Positions 45,025 to 53,487 of a stretch of DNA of 64,000 nucleotides are shown here, in pieces. The number at the start of each line of letters is the position of its first letter. Within the stretch, counting starts at the first letter, position 1. Location: NCBI GenBank assembly GCA_949294555.1, contig CASFHP010000004.1:31635-95634 (forward strand), in the 5' to 3' direction. The notes beneath the pieces are model-generated. The model saw only the letters and a program-made list of their open reading frames with translations, did no database searches and was not told where the DNA came from. This DNA comes from an uncultured Eubacteriales bacterium. Lineage in GTDB: Bacteria > Bacillota > Clostridia > TANB77 > CAG-508. A program made the translations under genes and the position numbers.

Positions 45025-45053
45025 ATTATAAACCTTTTTTCTATTATAGTCAA
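45025..45053 (-). promoter_or_regulatory. Consensus sigma-A promoter directly after the stop of the MazF-like gene
   Basis: On the minus strand: TTGACT, a 17-nt spacer, then TATAAT. Confidence 0.55.
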
Positions 45054-45062
45054 GTTTTTTAT

Positions 45063-45527
45063 TTAATTATCAAAAAGATAATATTTCTTTAAAGCTATTA
45101 AAATTTTTTCATAGTCCATATTAGATAAAAAAGCTATTTTTTTATTATAAAAAAACGGCTCTCGTATTCTTTTGTAGCTAAAGTTAGCCATAGATTCTAA
45201 TTTTGCAGTACTACAAGGCAGAGAATGTATATCACAGTGAAAATAATATTTATCATTGAAACACTTACTACTTAAAGGAATTACAGTCCACATTTTTTTA
45301 TCCGAAGAAGAACGCCATAGAATAGCAGGTCTTAACTTTCTTATTTCGGAACCAATGTTTTGACCAAAATCCACCCAAACAATAGACCTAGGTTTTAATG
45401 AAAAGATATCTATATTTTGTTCTTCTAATAAAAGTTTATCATAATACCATTTTAGATATTTAATTTCTTCTATATTTTTATAATCAATTTTTTTATCTAA
45501 TTTTTTCAATAGAGAAATTTTTAGCAA
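45063..45527 (-). CDS. PemK/MazF-fold toxin-like protein with a roughly 45-aa N-terminal extension
   Basis: The pattern RSIVWVDFGQNIGSEIRKLRPAILW...WTVIPLSSK is MazF/PemK-like. It has a TTG start without a convincing SD. Confidence 0.65.
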   Translation of the reverse strand: MLKISLLKKLDKKIDYKNIEEIKYLKWYYDKLLLEEQNIDIFSLKPRSIVWVDFGQNIGSEIRKLRPAILWRSSSDKKMWTVIPLSSKCFNDKYYFHCDIHSLPCSTAKLESMANFSYKRIREPFFYNKKIAFLSNMDYEKILIALKKYYLFDN

Positions 45528-45576
45528 TTTTAAAATGTAAGAGAAATCCTTGATATTTAATTTCAGAAAGTTTCCT

Positions 45577-45801
45577 TTAACATAAACTAACCCGTTTTAT
45601 ATTTTTTCTAGAATATTCTTGTAAATCATTTATATCAACAAATTTATTGATAGATTTTATATAAATAAAATCATCAGACTGCATAGTAGAATGAATTGTT
45701 AATCCTACATAATGATTTTTGGATATATTATATAAAATTAAAACAAATTTTTTATTTTCATTTTCTGATACTTCATAGATATTTTGAGAATATATATTCA
45801 T
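45577..45801 (-). CDS. 74-aa hypothetical protein, possibly a truncated MazF-like fold
   Basis: The SD TAGGAGGATTTTAT is good. NIYEVSENENKKFVLILYNISKNHYVGLTIHST loosely follows the MazF N-terminal beta-strand pattern, and no RHH or AbrB antitoxin motif is seen. Confidence 0.5.
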   Translation of the reverse strand: MNIYSQNIYEVSENENKKFVLILYNISKNHYVGLTIHSTMQSDDFIYIKSINKFVDINDLQEYSRKNIKRVSLC

Positions 45802-45966
45802 ATAAAATCCTCCTAGTAATAGCTTGTTTAATGATACTACATTTCTAGTTTAAAATCAATACATTTGTTTGCTAAAATCTAAATATTTTTTTCTAAATAA
45901 AAAAATTAACTATTTTCTATTGCAACTTTTTGATAAATAGTATATAGTAAGAAAGGGTGTAGAAAA

Positions 45967-46065
45967 ATGACAAAATTTGTAGAAAATATTACAAGACTAA
46001 AAACAAGTAATATCAATAGAAATATTGTTTATTTTGCGTTCCCAATTTTTAAATTAATAAGGTAA
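45967..46065 (+). CDS. Candidate 32-aa ORF (leader peptide or small protein)
   Basis: The promoter is TTGCAA-17-TATAGT (45920-48) and the SD is AAAGGGTG. It encodes MTKFVENITRLKTSNINRNIVYFAFPIFKLIR and is followed by a terminator. Confidence 0.3.
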   Translation: MTKFVENITRLKTSNINRNIVYFAFPIFKLIR

Positions 46066-46071
46066 GTGTTT

Positions 46072-46103
46072 ATATCAATTCTTTTCGGATTGATATTTTT
46101 TTG
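46072..46103 (+). terminator. Rho-independent terminator or attenuator
   Basis: The stem ATATCAAT/ATTGATAT is followed by T7. Confidence 0.65.
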
Positions 46104-46217
46104 CATTATAGGAAATTGCATTTTCATAATGCAAAAAAATTGCACAGAAAAATTGCTATGCAATTTTTCGCGCCGACAAATCAAAATACTTACTTAGAAA
46201 ATAGAAGGAGGCGTTTT

Positions 46218-48215
46218 ATGGAACAAACAAAAAAATTACTCTTAGATGTAAACGAAAAACCAACAATTGGTAAATGGATTATCTTAGCCTTACAGCATGT
46301 TTTTGCCATGTTTGGAGCAACCATTTTAGTTCCAATCATGGTAAATACAGCAGCAGGGGAAGAGGTTCTTACCATTCCAGTAGCATTAGTAACATCAGGA
46401 ATTGGAACATTAATTTATATTTTATGTACAAAAGGAAGATCACCAGTATATTTAGGAAGTTCTTTTGCATTTATTGCACCACTAGCCGCAGCTTATGTAA
46501 AAGGTGGCATTTCAGGTGCAATGGTTGGTGTTATGGCAGTAGGACTTGTTTATGTTATTTTTGCAATTCTTATTCATTTTATAGGCAAAAAATGGATAGA
46601 CAAATTATTACCACCAGTTGTTATTGGACCAATGATTATGATTATTGGATTAAGTTTAGCACCAAGTGCGATTTCTCAAGTAGGATTAGGAACAGAAACA
46701 CAAATTGACTGGAGATGTATCGCAGTAGCCTTAATTACTTTCTTAACAACAGCAGTTGTTATGGTTAGAGGAAAAGGATTTTTAAAAATTATTCCATTTT
46801 TAGTAGGAATTGTCGTAGGATATGTTTCAGCAATATGCTTTGGATTAGTGGATTTTGCTCCAGTATTAGAAGCAGGATTTTTCAGTATGCCAAGCTTTGT
46901 GGTACCATTTTTAAATTATACACCTAATTTTTCAGCATTATTAACAATTGTACCAATTTCTTTGGTAACAATTGCAGAACATATTGGGGACCATACAGCA
47001 TTAAGTACGATTATTGGAAAGAATTTATTGAAAGACCCTGGATTAGATAGAACTTTATTAGGAGATGGTTTAGCAACATTTGTAGCAGGATTTTTAGGAG
47101 GACCAGCAAATACCACTTATGGAGAAAACACATCTGTTGTTGGAATGACAAAAGTAGCGTCTGTATGGGTAATTGGATTAGCAGCAATTATTGCTATTTG
47201 TTTAGGATTTTTAGGAAAATTTACAGCACTAGTATCAACCATTCCTGATGCTGTTTTAGGAGGTGTATCTCTATTACTATATGGATTTATTTCTGTAAAT
47301 GGTCTAAAAGTATTAATTGAAAATAAAATAGACTTTGGAAAATCTAAAAATATTGTTGTAGCTTCTACTATGTTGGTTTTAGGATTAGGAGGAGCAGCAA
47401 TCTCAATTGTACATGGAGATTTATCTGTAACAATTTCAGGAATGAGTTTAGCAGCCATTATCGGTATATTATTAAACTTATTATTACCAGATGAAAAAGA
47501 AGATGAAGACACCAAACCAGAAAATGAAAAAGAAGTCAAATATGAAAGTGAGGCAAATGCAATGGAAGAAATCAAAAAGGATACAGTTAGCAATGTAACC
47601 GTATTAGACAATCCCTTAATAGAACACAAATTATCAATTATTAGAAACAAAAACACAGGAACAAAAGAATTTAGAGAAATTATAGGGGAGATAGCAACAT
47701 TATTATGCTATCATGCATTAGAAGATGCAAAATTAAAAGAAACAGAAATCGAAACACCAATCTGCAAAATGAAAGCAAGAGTATTAGACGAAGATAATTA
47801 TGCTTTTGTACCAATTTTAAGAGCAGGAACAGGTATGTTAGATGGATTATTAAAAATTGTACCAAATGCAAAAATTGGACATATTGGATTATACAGAAAT
47901 GAAGAAACCTTAGAACCAGTACAATATTATTATAAAATGCCAAAAGATATCGCAAAAAGAGAAGCCATTATCTTAGACCCAATGTTAGCAACAGGCGGGT
48001 CAGCAGCAGATACCATCAAAATGCTAAAAAAAGATGGTGTTAAAAAAATCAAATTCTTATGTATTTTATCTGCACCAGAAGGTATTGAAAGATTAAAGAA
48101 AGAACATCCAGATGTACAAATTTACACAGCATGCATTGACGAAAAACTAAATGACAAAGGCTATATTGTACCAGGATTGGGAGACGCAGGAGACAGAATA
48201 TTTGGAACAAAATAA
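46218..48215 (+). CDS. Fusion protein: NCS2 uracil permease (PyrP/UraA-like) plus uracil phosphoribosyltransferase (Upp)
   Basis: The start is set at ATG 46218 (SD AGAAGGAGG). The permease region has QHVFAMFGATILVP and about 12-14 TM helices, followed by an acidic linker. From about 47595 a full Upp domain runs on, with LDPMLATGGSA and YIVPGLGDAGDRIFGTK. Confidence 0.88.
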   Translation: MEQTKKLLLDVNEKPTIGKWIILALQHVFAMFGATILVPIMVNTAAGEEVLTIPVALVTSGIGTLIYILCTKGRSPVYLGSSFAFIAPLAAAYVKGGISGAMVGVMAVGLVYVIFAILIHFIGKKWIDKLLPPVVIGPMIMIIGLSLAPSAISQVGLGTETQIDWRCIAVALITFLTTAVVMVRGKGFLKIIPFLVGIVVGYVSAICFGLVDFAPVLEAGFFSMPSFVVPFLNYTPNFSALLTIVPISLVTIAEHIGDHTALSTIIGKNLLKDPGLDRTLLGDGLATFVAGFLGGPANTTYGENTSVVGMTKVASVWVIGLAAIIAICLGFLGKFTALVSTIPDAVLGGVSLLLYGFISVNGLKVLIENKIDFGKSKNIVVASTMLVLGLGGAAISIVHGDLSVTISGMSLAAIIGILLNLLLPDEKEDEDTKPENEKEVKYESEANAMEEIKKDTVSNVTVLDNPLIEHKLSIIRNKNTGTKEFREIIGEIATLLCYHALEDAKLKETEIETPICKMKARVLDEDNYAFVPILRAGTGMLDGLLKIVPNAKIGHIGLYRNEETLEPVQYYYKMPKDIAKREAIILDPMLATGGSAADTIKMLKKDGVKKIKFLCILSAPEGIERLKKEHPDVQIYTACIDEKLNDKGYIVPGLGDAGDRIFGTK

Positions 48216-48220
48216 AACAC

Positions 48221-48266
48221 AAAAATGGGACAGTTAGGGACAGGTCGCTAATTGTCTCATTTTTGT
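48221..48266 (+). terminator. Rho-independent terminator built from an M1-like palindrome
   Basis: 48221-48237 pairs with 48248-48264 (17 bp, two G:U in the + sense), and a T-run follows. Confidence 0.75.
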
Positions 48267-48280
48267 CGAAATTTGTTCTT

Positions 48281-48331
48281 TATAGAAAAAATGAATTTTT
48301 CCTATAGTAAAACATTGCTTCGTTCTGAAAG
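48281..48331 (+). repeat. Intergenic repeat family R2
   Basis: TATAGAAAAAATGAATTTTTCCTATA followed by GTAAAACATTGCTTCGTTCTGAAAG; compare 25948-25996 and 38651-38687. Confidence 0.5.
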
Positions 48332-48346
48332 TTCCAAAATCAAAAC

Positions 48347-48433
48347 TTATTTGTTATTGTTATTTTGTCTTTCATTATTGTTATTTTGATTATTAGAATT
48401 ATTATTTTTATTTTCTTTCTTTTTCTTACTCAT
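48347..48433 (-). CDS. Candidate 28-aa Asn/Lys-rich micropeptide
   Basis: It has a strong SD (GAGGAGGTG) 8-9 nt upstream of the ATG and encodes MSKKKKENKNNNSNNQNNNNERQNNNNK. Confidence 0.4.
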   Translation of the reverse strand: MSKKKKENKNNNSNNQNNNNERQNNNNK

Positions 48434-48560
48434 ATTAAAGCACCTCCTCAAAGTATATTATTATTTTGTACGATAAATGAAAAAATATTCACATATAATT
48501 TGTTTTTTCTATATAATTGATATATAATAGATACGATTAAAATTTCGGGAGGATTGACAA

Positions 48561-49964
48561 ATGCGTTATAACAATGAAAAATTAAATGAATTTAATGATT
48601 ACATAAGATACAGAAAAGTAGCCATAATAGGATTAGGTGTTAGTAATTTACCACTTTTAGATTATTTATATGAAAAAAAAGCCAATGTAACTGTTTTTGA
48701 TGAAAGAGAATATAATCAAATCCCAAGAGATATTATTGAAAAAATTACCAATTATGGGTTTATGATACATTTTGGAGAAAACTGCTTACAACAATTAAAA
48801 AATTTCAATGTCATTTTACGTTCTCCTAGTTGTTTGCCAACAAAACCAGAACTAGTAGAAGAAGCAAATAGAGGAGCATTAGTAACAACAGAAGTTGAAT
48901 TATTGATGGAAATGTGTCCAGCAAAAATTGTAGGTGTAACAGGAAGTGATGGAAAAACAACAACGACGAGTTTAATTAATAGTATTTTGCAAAAAGCAGG
49001 ATATAAAACATTTTTAGGTGGCAATATCGGAACACCATTATTTACAAAATTACCTGAAATGACACCTGAAGATATTGTTGTTTTGGAATTAAGTAGTTTT
49101 CAATTAATGGGAATGGAAATTAGTCCACAAATTGCTGTTATTACTAATATAACACCAAATCACTTAAATATACATAAAGACTATCAAGAATATATTGACG
49201 CTAAGAAAAATATTTTTAAATATCAAGACGAAAATGGAATTTTAATTTTAAATTATGACAATGAAATTACAAGAGAATGTGCCAAAGAAGCAAAGGGCAA
49301 AGTAATTTTCTTTAGTAGTCAAACCAAATTAGATAATGGATATATTGTAGACGAAGATGTTATCAAAGAATGTGATGACAAAGTTAGAAAACATATCTTA
49401 AATACGGAAGACGTGATTTTAAGAGGAAATCATAACTATCAAAATATTGCAACAGCAATTGCTGCAACAGCAAGTTTAGTTGACACAGAAACAGCAGTAA
49501 GAGCCATAAAAGAATTTAAGCCAGTAGAACATCGAATTGAATTTGTGGAAGAAATTGATGGGGTAAAATGGTATAATGATTCTGCAAGTTCTTCTCCTTC
49601 TAGAACTTTATCAGGATTGAATGCATTTAAAGAAAATATTGTTTTAATTGCTGGAGGATATGATAAAAATTTAGATTACACACCAATTGCTAAACCAATT
49701 GTTGATAAAGTAAAAACATTAATATTAATTGGCCAAACTTCTGGAAAGATATATGAAGTGGTCAAAAAGGAATTGGAAAAGGAAAATAAAAATCTAGATA
49801 TTTATATGTGTGAGACTTTGGAAGAAACTATTCCAATTGCTAAAAAAAGTGCTAATCAAGGAGATGTTGTTTTATTTTCTCCTGCTAGTGCAAGTTTTGA
49901 TATGTTTAAAAATTTTGCTGATAGAGGTAATCAGTTTAAAAATTTAGTTAAGGATTTAAAATAG
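48561..49964 (+). CDS. murD: UDP-N-acetylmuramoylalanine--D-glutamate ligase
   Basis: GVTGSDGKTTTTS is present, and the Mur ligase domain order and length (467 aa) fit. Confidence 0.92.
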   Translation: MRYNNEKLNEFNDYIRYRKVAIIGLGVSNLPLLDYLYEKKANVTVFDEREYNQIPRDIIEKITNYGFMIHFGENCLQQLKNFNVILRSPSCLPTKPELVEEANRGALVTTEVELLMEMCPAKIVGVTGSDGKTTTTSLINSILQKAGYKTFLGGNIGTPLFTKLPEMTPEDIVVLELSSFQLMGMEISPQIAVITNITPNHLNIHKDYQEYIDAKKNIFKYQDENGILILNYDNEITRECAKEAKGKVIFFSSQTKLDNGYIVDEDVIKECDDKVRKHILNTEDVILRGNHNYQNIATAIAATASLVDTETAVRAIKEFKPVEHRIEFVEEIDGVKWYNDSASSSPSRTLSGLNAFKENIVLIAGGYDKNLDYTPIAKPIVDKVKTLILIGQTSGKIYEVVKKELEKENKNLDIYMCETLEETIPIAKKSANQGDVVLFSPASASFDMFKNFADRGNQFKNLVKDLK

Positions 49965-50010
49965 AAAAATAGAGATTTAAAATAAAAAATATATTAATAT
50001 ATAAAAGTGC

Positions 50011-50041
50011 AAGGGAGCCTAAAAAAACAGGCTCCCTTTTT
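50011..50041. terminator. Bidirectional terminator (murD on + and the small gene on -)
   Basis: The stem AGGGAGCCT/AGGCTCCCT has an A/T-run loop and a T-run. Confidence 0.75.
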
Positions 50042-50048
50042 CTACGGG

Positions 50049-50222
50049 CTACTCATTATTACATGTTAAAAGAAACTCTTTTGCCTTGCTTACAATATTT
50101 TGCTCACTAAGACTAAGTCTTTGCGAACTCTCAGAAAATAGAACAATTTGCTCTGCAATCTGAAATTCTCTTTTGGGTGGTAAATTTTGGTTCCATTGTG
50201 ATAATAACATATTATAAGTCAT
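50049..50222 (-). CDS. 57-aa hypothetical protein
   Basis: The SD GGAGGTATTTT precedes the ATG. It encodes MTYNMLLSQWNQNLPPKREFQIAEQIVLFSESSQRLSLSEQNIVSKAKEFLLTCNNE. It is below the ORF-track cutoff. Confidence 0.45.
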   Translation of the reverse strand: MTYNMLLSQWNQNLPPKREFQIAEQIVLFSESSQRLSLSEQNIVSKAKEFLLTCNNE

Positions 50223-50343
50223 AAAATACCTCCTTCATTAAAGCAACCCTTCCTTGTATCTGCATAATTATATCACAAAAAAACAAAAATGTAAAAAAAA
50301 CAGAGGAGCCCAAATAATGAGCTCACTCTTCATCTACAGGCAA

Positions 50344-50535
50344 TTACTTTACTGATAGAAGAAACTCAAGCGTTTCTTCTATCAATTTTTCATCTTCAGG
50401 AACAAAGCACATGGTCACTTTGTTCCTTGGGTCTTGCAGTAACTGAATTTCTTTAGCTACTGCCTTTTTCAAGTCGATAGGAGCATTGTTTTCATTCAAA
50501 AATGCCCATAACTCTCGTAGTTCTTTACTATTCAT
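50344..50535 (-). CDS. 63-aa hypothetical protein (weak paralogue of 50049-50222)
   Basis: The start is moved to ATG 50535 (SD AAGGAGGGTTATA). It encodes MNSKELRELWAFLNENNAPIDLKK...LEFLLSVK and has its own terminator. Confidence 0.5.
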   Translation of the reverse strand: MNSKELRELWAFLNENNAPIDLKKAVAKEIQLLQDPRNKVTMCFVPEDEKLIEETLEFLLSVK

Positions 50536-50691
50536 TATAACCCTCCTTGCCTTTTTTTGTATATGTATATAATTATACCACAAAATAGTGAAAAAGTAAA
50601 AAATATAGGACAATAAAACGAAACAATATGCACATTTCACAGTTTATTTACATATCTTGTAAAAGAAAAGTTATACAAGGAGGAATTTGAT

Positions 50692-51306
50692 ATGTATGAT
50701 AATCAGTATGAGGAATACATAAGAAGTATTTTAGGATATCCAAACACAACAAACTTTAATCAAAATCAAATGTATTCTAATGGATATTCAGTAGCTATGC
50801 AAACAGATACGAGAAACGATTTAGAAGAATTTTATCCAGAGATATATAAAATTATATATCCGATGGTAAAAAAAGCTTGCGAAGGAAATATGAGAGCAAG
50901 CACGAGAGAAGAAATTGAACAAATGACAGATGAAATTTATTCAGCATTAGAAGATAGTAATCAAATTAATGTGAATATCAATTTAGGAAATACAGTATCT
51001 ACAACAAATGCTAATAGAACACAAAATAGAAATGAAGTACATAAAGAGGAAGTTCAAAGAAAGACTTTAGAAAACCAAGAAACTGAAAATAGAAATGTAG
51101 AGATGCAAAATAGAAGACGTCCTGGGAATAATAATTTAAGGGATTTGATAAAAATACTTTTAATTAGAGAATTACTAAGAAGACGTAATAGACCACATAA
51201 TAATTTCCCACCAAGACCACCACAAAATCCACCACGTCCACCAATGAGACCACCGATTATGCCAAGAAATTATGAACAACCATTATATGATATTTATGAA
51301 TATTAA
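50692..51306 (+). CDS. Hypothetical protein with a Pro/Arg-rich C-terminus
   Basis: 204 aa with the SD AAGGAGGAATTTGAT and a C-terminal PPRPPQNPPRPPMRPPIMPRNYEQPLYDIYEY. It may be spore-associated, but no family was recognised. Confidence 0.6.
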   Translation: MYDNQYEEYIRSILGYPNTTNFNQNQMYSNGYSVAMQTDTRNDLEEFYPEIYKIIYPMVKKACEGNMRASTREEIEQMTDEIYSALEDSNQINVNINLGNTVSTTNANRTQNRNEVHKEEVQRKTLENQETENRNVEMQNRRRPGNNNLRDLIKILLIRELLRRRNRPHNNFPPRPPQNPPRPPMRPPIMPRNYEQPLYDIYEY

Positions 51307-51508
51307 ATTTATACTAGGAAAATTTTTGGTAAAAATTACACAAAATTTAAAAATTTGTCAATCTTTCAAAATAAAAACTGTACCTTATTAAATTCTGAAA
51401 AACCACATATATTCGAAAAACTACTCTTTTCAATACAACAAAATTTGAATAAAATTTTAGAAAATGCGAAAAATAAATATGAGAAAATTTGAAAGGTGGT
51501 AAAGAAAA

Positions 51509-51955
51509 ATGAAAGTTAAAGATTGTATGTGTACAGATGTATGCTGTGTAAAACCAGAAACAACAATACGTGATGTAGCAAAATTAATGTCACAAAATCA
51601 CATAGGTTCTCTTCCAGTATGTGATACAAATAATTGCTTATGCGGAATTGTAACAGATAGAGATATTATTTTAAGAACCATTGCTTGTGATAAAGATGTA
51701 AAAACAACACCTGTAAGTGATATCATGTCTACAAATGTATGTACTTGTGAAGAAAACGAAGATATGGCAAATGCTGAAAACAAAATGGGAACAAACAAAG
51801 TAAGAAGATTACCTGTTTGTGATAATAATAAAAAAGTAATTGGAATGTTGACACTAGGGGATATTGCACAAAATAGAGCAGATTTAGATGATAGAGAAAT
51901 TTGTATTACATTTGAAGATATTTGTGATTGTGATACAAATAAAAATGCAGATTAA
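51509..51955 (+). CDS. CBS-pair domain protein (Cys-rich)
   Basis: It has two CBS motifs (..HIGSLPVCD.. and ..VRRLPVCDNNKKVIGMLTLGDI..) and unusually many Cys residues. Confidence 0.8.
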   Translation: MKVKDCMCTDVCCVKPETTIRDVAKLMSQNHIGSLPVCDTNNCLCGIVTDRDIILRTIACDKDVKTTPVSDIMSTNVCTCEENEDMANAENKMGTNKVRRLPVCDNNKKVIGMLTLGDIAQNRADLDDREICITFEDICDCDTNKNAD

Positions 51956-52194
51956 GGTTTAATAGAATATCAGAATATTAAAATGATTAAACTACCAGGA
52001 TTTAAACGAAAAAATACTGTGTATAAAATTTTATATACAGTATTTTTTATTATAAAAAACAAAATGGTTAATAAGTTCTATATGTATATAAATTCCAAGA
52101 ATACATATAATAAGATATAGAAAAGACTTTTTAGAAAAGTACATAGAATTTTTGAAACTTTCATTCTTCTAAAATATAGGAAACAGGAGGAAAA

Positions 52195-53292
52195 ATGATT
52201 GTAAACATACCATATTGGACAAGAGTAGCAAAAAATATTTTATATGTTGTATTACTGATAGTTGGGTTATATATCGCACTAAAACTATCCATTTTTTACA
52301 TGCCATTTTTAGTAGCATTTATCATTTCTTTAATTATTGAACCATGTATAAAATTTGTCATGCGAAAAACCAAATTAACCAGAAGAACAAGTTCAATTAT
52401 TATTTTTATCATTGTTTCTCTTGTTATTTTGGGAATTTTGGGTTGGATTATTGTTACATTGTTTTCAGAATCTTCTAGCCTATTACAAGGATTAAATGAT
52501 TATGTGGATAAAGCTTCTGTGCAAATCCAAAGATTTATTGAACAATTTGACTTTGATAAAATAAAATTATCAGATGAAATCTTAACCATTGTTCAAGATT
52601 CTAGTGGCGATTTTTTACAAACAGTTTCTAATTGGGTTAGAAATGCATTAAATGGATTAATAAATATGATAACAAAAATTCCTGAAATCGCTATTTGTGT
52701 GGGAATTACAATATTAGCATTATACTTTATTTGCGTAGATAAAATCTATATTTTAGACCAGATAGAACATCATTTACCAAAAGTTTGGGTAAAAAAATTA
52801 AGCAATCATTTGAAAGATTTAATTCAAACTTTAGGTGGTTATTTAAAGGCTGAGGCAACACTTATTTTAGTTTCTTTTATTATTTCTTTGGTAGGATTAT
52901 ATGTATTATCTTTTTTAAAATTTAATGTGCAATATCCTTTATTAATGGCTTTATTTATTGGATTTGTAGATGCACTTCCAATTTTAGGTTCTGGAACAGT
53001 TATGGTACCTTGGGCAATTATATCTGGCTTAAATGGAGATTTATCTTTAGGAATTGCTATCCTTACTTTGTTTATTATTATGTCTATTGTAAGACAGTTT
53101 CTAGAACCAAAATTGGTCAGCAAAAATATTGGTGTTCATCCGATTTTTACGTTAATTGCTATGTATACAGGATTTAAAATAACAGGGGTTATTGGATTAC
53201 TTCTAGGACCAATTGCCTTAATCATTATTAAAAATATATTTGCAAATTTAATTGACAAAGGGGTGTTTAAGACAATTTTTGATAGAAAATAA
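52195..53292 (+). CDS. ytvI: AI-2E/PerM-family membrane protein, YtvI-like (sporulation integral membrane protein)
   Basis: 365 aa with about 8 TM helices. It has the FVDALPILGSGTVMVPWA motif typical of the family. Confidence 0.75.
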   Translation: MIVNIPYWTRVAKNILYVVLLIVGLYIALKLSIFYMPFLVAFIISLIIEPCIKFVMRKTKLTRRTSSIIIFIIVSLVILGILGWIIVTLFSESSSLLQGLNDYVDKASVQIQRFIEQFDFDKIKLSDEILTIVQDSSGDFLQTVSNWVRNALNGLINMITKIPEIAICVGITILALYFICVDKIYILDQIEHHLPKVWVKKLSNHLKDLIQTLGGYLKAEATLILVSFIISLVGLYVLSFLKFNVQYPLLMALFIGFVDALPILGSGTVMVPWAIISGLNGDLSLGIAILTLFIIMSIVRQFLEPKLVSKNIGVHPIFTLIAMYTGFKITGVIGLLLGPIALIIIKNIFANLIDKGVFKTIFDRK

Positions 53293-53487
53293 AATACCAT
53301 AAGAGGGACAAAATTAAAGTTTTTATGAATAAAGGAGAGTATTACCCCAATTTTGTTACCACTCAGTGCATAATCCCAAATCAAGAAATTTTTAACAAAG
53401 TAAATTTTAATATTGAAATAATTTTATAATAATGCTAAAATATTAATGATAAAATTGTAAAAAATATAGGAGAGAAAAAATATACTT

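Noticed and set aside
44889-45030. Two 30-nt direct repeats lie about 111 nt apart and could be a mini CRISPR array or att sites.
   Set aside because: There are only two copies, the spacing and the internal promoter/terminator signals do not fit CRISPR, and no cas or integrase genes are present. They are interpreted as paralogous sRNA heads.
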